Of a stretch of 64,000 nucleotides of DNA, positions 1 through 9,192 are shown in pieces; positions within the stretch are counted from its first letter, which is position 1, and each line of letters begins with the position of its first letter. The stretch is from Pirellulales bacterium (GTDB lineage Bacteria; Planctomycetota; Planctomycetia; Pirellulales; JAICIG01), in assembly GCA_035550375.1 (NCBI GenBank), contig DASZPH010000038.1, positions 90,667 to 154,666 on the forward strand, read 5' to 3'. Under the pieces are notes generated by a model, which saw only the letters and a program-made list of their open reading frames with translations, did no database searches and was not told the origin of the DNA. The position numbers and the translations under genes were made by a program.

Positions 1-86
1 ATCTCACTGGTATGAATCGAATCGGGGCGGCCGGCTTCTTCAATCGCCGTCACATGCGCGGATCAGGCAGACTTTGAGGGACAACG

Positions 87-908
87 ATGCGAGATTTAAA
101 CGGCAAGAAGGTGTTCATTACGGGAGCGGGACACGGGCTGGGACGCGAGATGGCGATTGCTTTTTCGTCAGCCGGCGCGGAGGTGATTGCCACCGACCTG
201 ACGGCGCATGGAGTCGACGAAACGGTAGGGCTGGTGAATCAAGCGGGCGGGCGCGCCGCCGGCTATCCCCTCGACGTGACCGATAACGCGATGGTCCTAT
301 CGGTCCGCGAGCGTGTTCACTCCGAGCATGGTCCGGTGGACGTCCTGGTCAACAACGCGGGGGTGGCCTACGGCGGGGCGTTTCTCGACGTGCCGCTGGA
401 AGAACACCACGCCACGTATCGCGTCAACCTTTTGGGAGAAGTGGCCGTCACCCACGCCTTCTTGCCCGACCTGATCGGCAGAAGCGAGGCGCACCTGGTC
501 AACGTGGCCAGCGCGTCCGGATTCATCGCCCTGCCATACGCCACGACGTATGCTTCCAGCAAATGGGGTGTGCTCGGCTTTTCGGAATCGATCCGCGAGG
601 AGTTGCGACTGCTGGGGCACCGCCACGTCTCGGTCACGGCCGTCTGCCCCAGCTACATCGACACCGGCATGGCCGCCGGCGTGCGCGTCCCCCGCCTGTC
701 TCGCATGCTACGTTCTGCAGACGTGGCAAGGCTGGTCGTTGCCGCCGTCAAGAAGCGGCACGAGTTGGTGCTCACCCCCTGGCTGGTCAAGATCACGCCA
801 TTCAGCAAAGGCGTCCTGCCGCCTTCCTGGTTCCGCCGCACCTGCGACTGGCTGGGAATCACCGCCAGTATGTCGACCTGGTACGGCCATAAGCCGCCGC
901 AAAAGTAA
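87..908 (+). CDS. SDR-family short-chain dehydrogenase/reductase
   Basis: 273-aa ORF starting at ATG 87. Carries the Rossmann motif TGAGHGLG (TGxxxGxG), an NNAG motif (VLVNNAGV) and the catalytic YxxxK (YASSK). Confidence 0.85.
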   Translation: MRDLNGKKVFITGAGHGLGREMAIAFSSAGAEVIATDLTAHGVDETVGLVNQAGGRAAGYPLDVTDNAMVLSVRERVHSEHGPVDVLVNNAGVAYGGAFLDVPLEEHHATYRVNLLGEVAVTHAFLPDLIGRSEAHLVNVASASGFIALPYATTYASSKWGVLGFSESIREELRLLGHRHVSVTAVCPSYIDTGMAAGVRVPRLSRMLRSADVARLVVAAVKKRHELVLTPWLVKITPFSKGVLPPSWFRRTCDWLGITASMSTWYGHKPPQK

Positions 909-1105
909 GACCGAGCTGCAGCGGCTTCCGCCCGCACCCTCGCCGCATCGGGCTTTCGACCGGTAGCCAACGTGCCGGCGATCGTGTCGGCGCGTGCCAA
1001 AAGATTCCTTAAAGGTTTCTTCGGCTGCTTGCGAAGGATCTGCGGTCGATCCGACAATAGTTGGTCAGAACGGGCAGACCGATCCCCAACACGGCTTGCG
1101 GCGGA

Positions 1106-1657
1106 ATGGAGCCGGGCGAATTGGATCCGAGTGAGCACGCCCTGCGTGAAGCGGTGCTGGCCGGCAGCGAGACGGCCTGGCGGGCGCTGTACGAGGCGAA
1201 TTTCGATGCGCTTTATGCGTTCGTCTGGCACCGCGCGGGCCGGCAAACGCACCGAGCCGACGAGGTGGTCCAAGAAACATGGCTCGTGGCGGTCCGTCGA
1301 ATCGCGGATTTCGACCCCTCGCACGCGCCGTTTGAAGCCTGGTTGAAAGGGATCGCCGCCAACGTGCTTAGAAACCATCTCCGCCGCTGGAAACGGGACA
1401 GCCGAACCAGTTCGCTTGACTCGGCTCAGGTATCGCAAACCGACGGGCTCTCCGACGCCGGCGAACGGATGGCCCTGGCCCTCACGGGGCTACCCGCCCG
1501 CTATCAGGCCGTGTTGAGAGCGAAATACGAAGAGAAGCTGACGGTCAACGAGATCGGACAGCGACTGGGGAGCACGGCCAAGGCGGTCGAGTCGATGCTA
1601 TCGCGGGCCCGCGAGGCGCTGCGGCGCGCGTATGACAAATTGCAGACAGAAGAGTGA
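1106..1657 (+). CDS. ECF-type RNA polymerase sigma-70 family factor
   Basis: Region 2-like DEVVQETWLVAVRR and region 4 HTH LTVNEIGQRLGSTAKAVESMLSRAREALR. The longest ORF starts at 1061. ATG 1106 (MEPGELD...) gives the usual ECF length. Confidence 0.85.
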   Translation: MEPGELDPSEHALREAVLAGSETAWRALYEANFDALYAFVWHRAGRQTHRADEVVQETWLVAVRRIADFDPSHAPFEAWLKGIAANVLRNHLRRWKRDSRTSSLDSAQVSQTDGLSDAGERMALALTGLPARYQAVLRAKYEEKLTVNEIGQRLGSTAKAVESMLSRAREALRRAYDKLQTEE

Positions 1658-1669
1658 CGAGGTGCTGAA

Positions 1670-2227
1670 ATGAGCGACGCATCCGACGCGGAACCGTTGC
1701 TGGAAGGAATCAACTGGCCGTCGAGGCCGGCACCGCCAGACGGCCTACGCGCGGAAGTCTTAACGAAGACCACGCGGCTGGTTCGCCGGCGGGCGCAGCG
1801 TCGCCGCTGGGGAGTGGTTGCGGGGTGGGGGTTGGCCTATGCGGCCGGCATAGCGACCGCCTGGTTTGGCCGGCCGGGCGATAGCCGGCCGGCGGTGAGC
1901 GATCCGCCGGAAGCCGCCACGCAAGTCGCGGCTAACGTTGCCGCGGGCGAAGCGCCCCTGGAAAACCTCGCTCTGCTGTCGCCCAACGAATTGCGTCGCC
2001 GCGTTGCCGGCGCGCCGCGGCCGCAGCAAATCCGTCTGCTGCGTCTGGCGGGCGACCGTTACCTGTTTGGAACCGCCGATGTTGAATCGGCGCTGGACTG
2101 CTATCGCCAGGTCATCGAGTTGACTCCGCCCGCCGACCTGGCTAAGCGACAACCAGACGACAGTTGGCTGTTGGCGGAGCTTAAATCGTCGGCGGCAGAT
2201 AGCAGCGCGCGGCTCGCCGCGGAATAG
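1670..2227 (+). CDS. putative single-pass anti-sigma factor
   Basis: Starts 12 nt after the ECF sigma gene. Has a short cytoplasmic N-terminus, an Arg-rich stop-transfer plus TM segment (RRRAQRRRWGVVAGWGLAYAAGIATAWFG), then an extracytoplasmic tail. Assignment rests on position and topology only. Confidence 0.5.
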   Translation: MSDASDAEPLLEGINWPSRPAPPDGLRAEVLTKTTRLVRRRAQRRRWGVVAGWGLAYAAGIATAWFGRPGDSRPAVSDPPEAATQVAANVAAGEAPLENLALLSPNELRRRVAGAPRPQQIRLLRLAGDRYLFGTADVESALDCYRQVIELTPPADLAKRQPDDSWLLAELKSSAADSSARLAAE

Positions 2228-2284
2228 AATCCTGGCCGTCGCCGGGATTGTTGTAATAAACACACTCGAATCGGAGCATCGGAA

Positions 2285-3595
2285 ATGCACCTCCTCAAGC
2301 TTTGTTTGGTCTCAGTAAGCCTGCTTCTCTTCGCCGCGACAGGAACGTTTGCGCAGCTCGCGCAGGATGACGCCGACCTGATTGACGATTTGCCCAAGAA
2401 GCGTAAGGAGGCTGCCAGAGAGATTCCGCAGCCGGCGAGGAAGACGAAGAGCGATCCTCGTCAACCACTGCCGCCGCGTCCGAGCGTCGACCTGATCGAC
2501 GATGTGTCACCGGAGCAAAAAGAAGCGGCCGAGCGCAACGCGGCGCGGAAGAACGAAAACGCGATCCCGGACAATCTGGCCGACGCGCTGGCACGCGCTT
2601 TGCGCAACAGCCCGACCATCCTGGTGGCCGACGCCAAAGTGCGGCAAGCCCAGGCCGAGTTGAATGAGGTGCGCCTGAGCGTGGTCCAGGAGCTGACGCT
2701 CGCCTTCCAGCGACGAGCCAGCAACAAGGCGGACCTGGCACTTCAGGAAGCGACCAGGACGGAGGCGGTCGAAAAGGGCTATGCGAAGGACACAAGCACC
2801 GAGGCAATGACGAAGCTCCGCCAGGCGATTCTTGAGGACGAAACGAGGATCCTCTACCTGCTAGGCGTCGGAGCGGATCGTGCCGCCGAGGCGCATGGCG
2901 CGTTACCGGCCGGCGGCTCGATGATGCCGCCCGGCATGGGAATGATGCCCAGCACCCCAATGCCGGGCATGGCGCCGATGGGCGGTATGAGCGGTGGAAT
3001 GGCTGGCCCGATGATGGGTCCGGGAGGGATGATGGGTATGGCGCCGATGGGCGGTATGAGCGATGGAATGGCTGCCCCGATGATGGGTGCGGGAGGGATG
3101 ATGGGCATGGCACCCGGAAGAACAGCCAAAGGTCAAGGGAAAAAGCGCCAAGCCGATCTTCCTGAACACGTGCGCGCCTTCCTGGATAAGCGCCTTGACG
3201 TGGACTTCAACGAGGTGCCGTTGGACGACGTTCTGGCTTATCTGAAGGAAGTAGGCGGCGGCGATATCGCCTTCGTGATCGAGAGTCCGCAGGCCTGGGA
3301 ATCTGGCTCGGAGGGTCATTCGGTTACGCTGTCGCTCAAACAGGTGTCGGTCCGAGCGGTCTTGCAAGCCCTGGTCGACCTGCATCGTTGCGCTTTTGTG
3401 TTTCGCGATTACGGCATCCTGGTGCTTGGCCCCGATGTCGACGGCACGGAGCCGTTCGAGTCCTTCAAGGCGGCTGGAACTCCAATGGTTGCCCCGCCGA
3501 GCGCGGTTCATTTCGGCGGCGTCGGTGGCGGTGGCATGATCGGCACCCCTCCCTCCGCGCCTCCTACTGCGGCTGAAAAACCGTCGGATGAATGA
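2285..3595 (+). CDS. secreted protein with a Met/Gly/Pro-rich tract and a C-terminal STN-like domain
   Basis: Signal peptide MHLLKLCLVSVSLLLFAATGTFAQ. Central 69-aa tract contains 23 Met. The C-terminal segment LDVDFNEVPLDDVLAYLKEVGG resembles secretin/TonB short N-terminal (STN) type domains. It is the third gene of the ECF cluster. Confidence 0.7.
   Translation: MHLLKLCLVSVSLLLFAATGTFAQLAQDDADLIDDLPKKRKEAAREIPQPARKTKSDPRQPLPPRPSVDLIDDVSPEQKEAAERNAARKNENAIPDNLADALARALRNSPTILVADAKVRQAQAELNEVRLSVVQELTLAFQRRASNKADLALQEATRTEAVEKGYAKDTSTEAMTKLRQAILEDETRILYLLGVGADRAAEAHGALPAGGSMMPPGMGMMPSTPMPGMAPMGGMSGGMAGPMMGPGGMMGMAPMGGMSDGMAAPMMGAGGMMGMAPGRTAKGQGKKRQADLPEHVRAFLDKRLDVDFNEVPLDDVLAYLKEVGGGDIAFVIESPQAWESGSEGHSVTLSLKQVSVRAVLQALVDLHRCAFVFRDYGILVLGPDVDGTEPFESFKAAGTPMVAPPSAVHFGGVGGGGMIGTPPSAPPTAAEKPSDE
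2969..3106 (+). repeat. 2 x 69-bp in-frame tandem repeat encoding MAPMGGMS(G/D)GMA(G/A)PMMG(P/A)GGMMG
   Basis: Two adjacent near-identical 69-nt copies starting at 2969 and 3038, read directly from the sequence. They lie inside CDS 2285..3595. Confidence 0.8.
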
Positions 3596-3622
3596 GACTC
3601 CTCCCGCATAAGCCGGAGGCAT

Positions 3623-4543
3623 CTATCGCGTCGCGGCCCGCGCCGCGGCGACGTCCTTGACAAGCTGCTCCTTCAGCTCCTCGATGCCGCTAAACGGCCG
3701 CACGTCGCGCAGGCGGCTGACAAAATCGACCTCGAGGGCCTCGCCGTAAATCGGATGACGGAAGTCGATCAGGTGAACCTCCACTTTGAGCTCCTGCTCG
3801 CCGAAGGTCGGGTTGGTGCCGACGTTGATGGCCGCCGCAAAGCTCTCCCCGTTGAGATGCGCGCGCCCGCCGTACACGCCCGCGCCGGGCAGCAGGGTGT
3901 CGATCCCCGCCAGGTTCGCGGTCGGAAAGCCGATTCTTGCGCCGCGGCCGGCGCCGTGCGTCACGATGCCGCGAATGCAGTAGGGCTGCGTCAACAGGCG
4001 GCGGGCCTCGTCGACGCTTCCCGCCGCGATCAGGTCGCGCACCCGCGAACTGGAAACCACCGCGCCGTCGATGACCACCGGCTCGACGATCTCAAGTTGC
4101 ATCCCCTCCTCCGCCGTCAGCCGGCCCAGGACGTCGATGTTGCCAGTGCGGTTATGCCCAAAAAAGAAGTTTGGGCCCTCCACCATCGCGCGGGCCGCCA
4201 GCCTGTCGCACACAATCTGCCGGAAGAACTCTCGGTCCGACAGTTGCAAGAGCTTTTCGTCGGTGGGGTAGGCGATCGTCCAGTCGACGCCCAACTGGGC
4301 AAGCAAGCGCGCTTTGCGCTCGGTCCACGTGAGGGGCCAGGGCGCGCGTTCCGGCCGCAAGAGACGCACGGGATGAGGATCGAAGGTGAACACGACGGCA
4401 GGACCGGCCAAATCGCGGGCACGCGCTACGAGCCGATCGATCAGGCGAGCATGACCCAAGTGAACGCCGTCGAAATTGCCGATCGTGAGCGCTCCCCCAC
4501 GCAGCTCATCGGGCACGGAGGCCAAATCCCGCAGAAGTTTCAC
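3623..4543 (-). CDS. ribF: bifunctional riboflavin kinase / FMN adenylyltransferase
   Basis: 306 aa. N-terminal nucleotidyltransferase motif GNFDGVHLGHARLI and a C-terminal riboflavin kinase region (GRGARIGFPTANL, EVHLIDF). Confidence 0.9.
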   Translation of the reverse strand: MKLLRDLASVPDELRGGALTIGNFDGVHLGHARLIDRLVARARDLAGPAVVFTFDPHPVRLLRPERAPWPLTWTERKARLLAQLGVDWTIAYPTDEKLLQLSDREFFRQIVCDRLAARAMVEGPNFFFGHNRTGNIDVLGRLTAEEGMQLEIVEPVVIDGAVVSSSRVRDLIAAGSVDEARRLLTQPYCIRGIVTHGAGRGARIGFPTANLAGIDTLLPGAGVYGGRAHLNGESFAAAINVGTNPTFGEQELKVEVHLIDFRHPIYGEALEVDFVSRLRDVRPFSGIEELKEQLVKDVAAARAATR

Positions 4544-4746
4544 AGTTGCGTAGGAGTTTCACAGCCGCGCAGAAGTTTCACAGTCGCGTAGGAATTTCAC
4601 GGATGGCGCGTCAACGGCCTCGACGGCAAAGGGGCGGAAACGCTGAGGTGATTATGGGGGGGCACCCCGGCACGGTCAACCGTACTCCCCTGCGCTCCGC
4701 CGCGTGTGGTATGGTTAGATGTAGCGAGTTTATCGACGACGACCGA

Positions 4747-6378
4747 ATGGAACAAAAGCAGTATTACCTTTCGCCCGACCTGGCCCATCGCCTGGCGGCC
4801 ATAGATGTCGGCACCAACAGCATCCGCCTGGTTGTGGCAGAGGCGCTGCGAGAGGGAAACTACCGGATTCTCACGGAAGAGAAAGACACGGCCCGGCTGG
4901 GAAAAGACTTGGCCACCTCGGGGCGGCTCAATGCCGTCGCCGTGGAGCGATCGCTCGAGGCGCTGCGGAGAATGAAGCAGATCGCCGCCGGATACCAGGT
5001 TCGCGAACTGCGGGTGATCGGCACCTGCGCGCTGCGCGAAGCGGCTGACGGCGAGGAGTTCTGCCGCCGAGCGAAACAGGAGATCGGCCTCGACGTTGAG
5101 GTGATCGGCGCCGACCAGGAAGCCCTGCTCGCATTTTCCAGCGTGGCCCGCGCGTTCAATCTGGACGGCAAGAACGTAGCCATCGCGGATATCGGCGGCG
5201 GGAGCACCGAAATCATCGTGGCCTCCGGCCGCGCGATCGAAGAGGTCTTCACCACGCCGCTCGGAGCCGTCCGCATGACCGACATGTACCTCAACGGTCA
5301 TGATGCGTCGGGCGATCCGTTTGAGAACCTGCAGGACGGGATCGACCGCGAGCTGCGCCGCCACACCAAGCGGCTGATGCTGTGGCCGCACCTCCTGATT
5401 GGTTCGGGCGGCACGTTTACGACCCTGGCCGAGATGATCATGGCGGCCAAGGGACAGACGGGGTTGCCGCTGCGAGGCTACGAAGTAACCCACGCCGACG
5501 TAGGCCACCTTCTTGACCGGCTACGGAAGCTGCCATCCAAGGCTCGACGCAACCTACCGGGCCTCAGCCCCGATCGGGCCGACATCATTCTGGCGGGAGT
5601 GGCGATCGTGGACGGCCTGATGCGTCGTTTGAAGGTCAACCGCCTGCAGGTGCACGACCGTGGGGTGCGCGACGGTTTGCTCTTGACCATGCTCGACCAG
5701 TCGCTGGGGGCGCGGCGGGACGACCCTCACGACCAGGAAGCCGCCATCGACCGGTTCGCCGTGAACTGCGGCGTCGATCTGAAACACGCGCGGCAAGTGG
5801 CCAAGCTGGCGGGACAGATTTTTGCCCAGGTCGTGGGCGAGGCCGGCTTAACGAGCGGCGATCGGCTCTTGCTGGATGCGGCCGCCAAGCTGCAAGACGT
5901 GGGTTATCTGATCGACTACGAGAAGCACCACAAACACAGCTACCACCTGATCCTGCACAGTCGCCTGGCCGGCTTTCAGCCGCACCAGCTCGAACTGATC
6001 GCCAACGTCGCCCGTTACCACCGGGGCAAGGAGCCGAAGAAGAAGCACGCCAATTTCAAGCGACTTTCCAGCAAGGACCAGCAGCGGGTGCGCAAGCTGG
6101 CCGCCATCCTGCGGCTGGCGGGCGGATTCGACCGCAGCAACACGCAGCAGGTGCGGGAGATCGTCGTCTCGGTCAACCCGACGCAGATTGTGATGCGGGC
6201 CGTGGCGGATGAACCGCCAGAGGTCGATCTGTGGGCCGCCCGCCGCCGCGCCGAGGCTTTTGAAAGGGAATTTGGCCGCGACTTGACGATTGAGTGGCTC
6301 GACTCGCGCCGGCTGCACGAAGTCGCCGGGACGACGTCGGGGGGCCAAGCCCGGGTGCTTTCCGTGCACCGCGCATAA
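4747..6378 (+). CDS. ppx: Ppx/GppA-family exopolyphosphatase / guanosine pentaphosphate phosphohydrolase
   Basis: ASKHA-fold phosphate-1 motif AAIDVGTNSIRLVVAE, DIGGGSTE, and a C-terminal HD-type region (YEKHHKHSYHLI). The longest ORF starts at 4546, but its Arg-rich leader looks non-coding. ATG 4747 (MEQKQYY) is preferred. Confidence 0.85.
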   Translation: MEQKQYYLSPDLAHRLAAIDVGTNSIRLVVAEALREGNYRILTEEKDTARLGKDLATSGRLNAVAVERSLEALRRMKQIAAGYQVRELRVIGTCALREAADGEEFCRRAKQEIGLDVEVIGADQEALLAFSSVARAFNLDGKNVAIADIGGGSTEIIVASGRAIEEVFTTPLGAVRMTDMYLNGHDASGDPFENLQDGIDRELRRHTKRLMLWPHLLIGSGGTFTTLAEMIMAAKGQTGLPLRGYEVTHADVGHLLDRLRKLPSKARRNLPGLSPDRADIILAGVAIVDGLMRRLKVNRLQVHDRGVRDGLLLTMLDQSLGARRDDPHDQEAAIDRFAVNCGVDLKHARQVAKLAGQIFAQVVGEAGLTSGDRLLLDAAAKLQDVGYLIDYEKHHKHSYHLILHSRLAGFQPHQLELIANVARYHRGKEPKKKHANFKRLSSKDQQRVRKLAAILRLAGGFDRSNTQQVREIVVSVNPTQIVMRAVADEPPEVDLWAARRRAEAFEREFGRDLTIEWLDSRRLHEVAGTTSGGQARVLSVHRA

Positions 6379-6410
6379 AAAAGGCGCCGGAATCACTCCG
6401 ACGCCTTTTC
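6377..6410. terminator. bidirectional intrinsic terminator between convergent ppx and the YHS-like gene
   Basis: AAAAAA-GGCGCCGGA-atcac-TCCGACGCC-TTTT. GC-rich stem with one mismatch, flanked by an A-run and a T-run, so it has the hairpin+U-tract form on both strands. Confidence 0.55.
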
Positions 6411-6435
6411 AGATTTGCGGGCGAACCCGGGCATG

Positions 6436-6879
6436 CTATTTCTTCGTGACTTCAAAACCCTTCTCGAAGGCCTTGTCGCCAAACACGGCTTCGATCTGCT
6501 CGTCGCCCTTCATTTTGGTGACGTTCCCTTTGCAATTGTTGCAGCAGAAGCAAACGTCGGTGCCGTCGACGCTGATCTTCGTTGCCGGGTTCAGATCCTT
6601 GCCGGCCAGCGGGCACTTGACCTGTTTGGCCTGACCGGTGACGACGAGCTGCATGTTAGCCTTAGCGGCGTACTTCGCCTTGTCCTTGGCAAACGTGTTC
6701 GGGCAATTGTTGCAGCAGAAGTAGACCTTGGCCCCCTTGTAGTCGACACCCGTATCAGCGGCGCACTCCTTGCCGGAGACGGGGCACTTGGCCTTCTCCA
6801 GGTTTACCTTGTCGGCCGCGTAGAGCGAGGCGGTCAACAGAGTCGCGATGGCGAGCGAAATCACAGCACGAGTCTTCAT
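6436..6879 (-). CDS. secreted tandem YHS/TRASH-like Cys-rich (putative metal-binding) protein
   Basis: Signal peptide MKTRAVISLAIATLLTASLYA. Two copies of the module KCP(V/L)(S/A)GK...x(Y/C)FCCNNC, which resembles the CPVCG...FCSxxC pattern of YHS/TRASH domains. Confidence 0.7.
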   Translation of the reverse strand: MKTRAVISLAIATLLTASLYAADKVNLEKAKCPVSGKECAADTGVDYKGAKVYFCCNNCPNTFAKDKAKYAAKANMQLVVTGQAKQVKCPLAGKDLNPATKISVDGTDVCFCCNNCKGNVTKMKGDEQIEAVFGDKAFEKGFEVTKK

Positions 6880-7132
6880 GAGAAATCTCCTTGGTCGCGT
6901 TGGCCGCGAAACGAGAAAGACGATACCACCGATTTATGCCCTACAGATTATCGAGTCGGAAGGCTTTTGTCATCCCATAATTTTTCGTTGATGCAATCAG
7001 AACGAGAGGGCGCCGGCCAGAAGGGTTTCCTGTTCGCAACGCGAATCTGCGAAAAAGGTTACGACGTGCCTACCGAAGCGACACGGTTGGCTGAGCCCAC
7101 TTGGGCAGAAAAAAAATCAGCTAACTTTCTCT

Positions 7133-8011
7133 TCACGCCTGCCTGGAATCGTGCTCCGAGGCATCGGGAACATCGTCGCCGGCGGGCGCCGGCAGGCGTT
7201 CCCAACGCGGCAACTCGGCATCCCGATTGGTCAGGGCAGCACCGCTCCCTTCGAACATCCGCCGCACCAGCGCCCGATAGCGGCTTCGCTGGCCAGTTGT
7301 CACCCAGAGGAGAAAAACGTTCAAGCAGAGAGATGTAAACAACCCGACGCGAGTCAGGGCCGTCTTCGTCGTCAGCGATTCGTCGGGCTTTGCTGAAGGA
7401 CGGTCGGAGGGGGACTCTGGGTCCTGTGATGCGACCTCCTCTTTTTGCGTAGTGGTTTTCTGCTCTTTGGAGGCGCTAGACGGCTGCTGACGTTCTTCCG
7501 TCGGCTCATCTTGTCGCTCCGCAGGCGCTTCGGTCCGGGCTTGATTGCGCGGTTGGCGGAAACCTGTCACTCGGCTGCCAAGCGGCTCGGCTCCTTCCGA
7601 ATCGGCAAGGCGACCCGGTTCGTCGTCTTCAGGTCGATCTTGGTTGGTCGGGGCCTCGAGCACGAGCGCCGGACCGAGCACCGGTCCGGGTAGCTGCGAA
7701 GTGTCGATCTCGGCCGGCGCGGCGCTTTGCGACGCCGCGTTTTTACTTGGCGCCTGCCCGCTGGCGGGGACGACCGCCGGGGGCGGCTCACCATGATGAG
7801 GCAACCGCTCGTTGCCGACCGTGATGCGGTACCGCCGCACGTTGCTCACCGAACTGGGCAAATCGCTGAACAAATCGTGGCCGGCTTTTAGCGAGTCGAG
7901 GAGCGCCGGATCGACCTGGATGATGTATTCGATTCCGCCGCCGGCCACCGGTTGCCAGCCGTAATCGACACCCATGGCCGCGGCCGACAGACAGAAGAGT
8001 AGTCCGGTCAT
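7133..8011 (-). CDS. hypothetical low-complexity membrane/envelope protein
   Basis: Lies 33 nt downstream of msrP on the same strand. Hydrophobic N-terminus, long Pro/Ser/Glu/Gln-rich centre, and a C-proximal TM segment VGLFTSLCLNVFLLWVTTG. I recognise no family. Confidence 0.5.
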   Translation of the reverse strand: MTGLLFCLSAAAMGVDYGWQPVAGGGIEYIIQVDPALLDSLKAGHDLFSDLPSSVSNVRRYRITVGNERLPHHGEPPPAVVPASGQAPSKNAASQSAAPAEIDTSQLPGPVLGPALVLEAPTNQDRPEDDEPGRLADSEGAEPLGSRVTGFRQPRNQARTEAPAERQDEPTEERQQPSSASKEQKTTTQKEEVASQDPESPSDRPSAKPDESLTTKTALTRVGLFTSLCLNVFLLWVTTGQRSRYRALVRRMFEGSGAALTNRDAELPRWERLPAPAGDDVPDASEHDSRQA

Positions 8012-8044
8012 AATTCAAGTTCTCCCGCGCCGCGTCTCCGCTCG

Positions 8045-9031
8045 TCATCGTAACACGGAGTACAATCCCGCGACATACGCCTCGTAGCCGTTGTATCGTT
8101 GCGTCGGGTAGCGATCGCCGCTACCCAGCATGCTCTCGGTGTGCTGCGGCCAGGGGCGCGGCACTTCGGGATCGACGTTCGACTCGAACGGGTACGCGCG
8201 CGGGTTCAACGTTGTCCAGAAGGTTGCCGGCTCGTGGTCGAGAAGCTGAATGTTGACGATCGATTTGATCGACTTGTAGCCGTATTTCCACGGCACCACG
8301 AGGCGCACCGGCGCGCCGTGCTGTTTCAACAAAGGGTGTCCGTACATGCCGGTCGCCAGCAGCACCAGGTCGTTCTTTGCCTCGGCGACGGTCAACCCTT
8401 CGACATACGGCCAGGGAAACGACGGGTGGGAGGCGATGTTGCCGGCTTCCCGCGGACGGTTAAAGGAAATGAACCGCACGTGCGTGGCCGTGGCCAGCGG
8501 ATCGACGTCTTGTAGCACGCGGGCCAACGGAACGCCGGTCCAGGGCACCGCCATCGCCCACGTCTCGACGCAACGATGCCGGTACAGTCGCTCCGTCAAG
8601 TCGGCCGAGTATCGCGACAGAAAATCGCCGATGTCGAGCTTAAGCGGTTGACGGCAAAGCCCGTCGACGTGGATCGTCCAAGGATCCGTCTGGAATCGCT
8701 CGACGTATCGCCAGCACCATTTGAGAGCTGAGAATTCGTAGAAGTTCGTGTGCCGGGCTGCGACCGGTTCGTCCGTCTGAGGTCGGTCAAGTTGAAAACG
8801 GCCGTCTTGCGGAGCCGGAAAGAACCGCGCCAAGCGGGCGCTTCCGCTTCCCGGAATAATCACCTCGTCGTCGCCGCCGCGCAATCGGCGCCAACCGGCG
8901 TAACCGGCGGTAGCGAGCGCGGCTGCACCGATTCCGGTCGCCGCCAGCCACTTGCGACGGCCGACTGCGAGTTCGCGGGGCGTCTCTTTCCCCCCGACTG
9001 GATCGAACGGACGACGTTTGCGGATAAACAT
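8045..9031 (-). CDS. msrP: protein-methionine-sulfoxide reductase catalytic subunit (molybdopterin, YedY/MsrP type)
   Basis: Tat signal RRKWLAATGIGAAALATAGYA. Strong similarity to E. coli MsrP blocks: NFYEF, DPWT, YRHRCVETWAMAVPWTG, YVEGL, GAPVRLVVPWKYGYKSIKSIV, NGY...GLY. Confidence 0.9.
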   Translation of the reverse strand: MFIRKRRPFDPVGGKETPRELAVGRRKWLAATGIGAAALATAGYAGWRRLRGGDDEVIIPGSGSARLARFFPAPQDGRFQLDRPQTDEPVAARHTNFYEFSALKWCWRYVERFQTDPWTIHVDGLCRQPLKLDIGDFLSRYSADLTERLYRHRCVETWAMAVPWTGVPLARVLQDVDPLATATHVRFISFNRPREAGNIASHPSFPWPYVEGLTVAEAKNDLVLLATGMYGHPLLKQHGAPVRLVVPWKYGYKSIKSIVNIQLLDHEPATFWTTLNPRAYPFESNVDPEVPRPWPQHTESMLGSGDRYPTQRYNGYEAYVAGLYSVLR

Positions 9032-9192
9032 GGCACTTTTCAGTATACCGGTTGGGAAAGCAGGCGAAGCGCTGCTGGCTGCCGGCCAGACGTCTTGTCG
9101 ATGAATTCTGGCGGCGCTAGGTGCATTGCGATTCTCCTGCTGTTAGCATGAGGAGCCAGGCGGCAGTTCGAGCCAGCCACGCGGTAGCACCG

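Noticed and set aside
2295-3113. 272-aa minus-strand ORF antisense to the Met-rich protein, and other antisense ORFs longer than 200 aa inside kinase genes (e.g. 23234..24331, 25939..27078, 21259..22335, 38385..39203).
   Set aside because: All lie opposite genes with unambiguous catalytic motifs, and all show Pro/Arg/Ser/Gly-rich shadow-frame composition.
4546-4746. 67-aa N-terminal extension of the Ppx/GppA ORF (MRRSFTAAQKFHSRVG...).
   Set aside because: It is Arg-rich and unconserved-looking. It begins only 3 nt after the divergent ribF start, which would leave no promoter space. The ASKHA fold begins just after ATG 4747.
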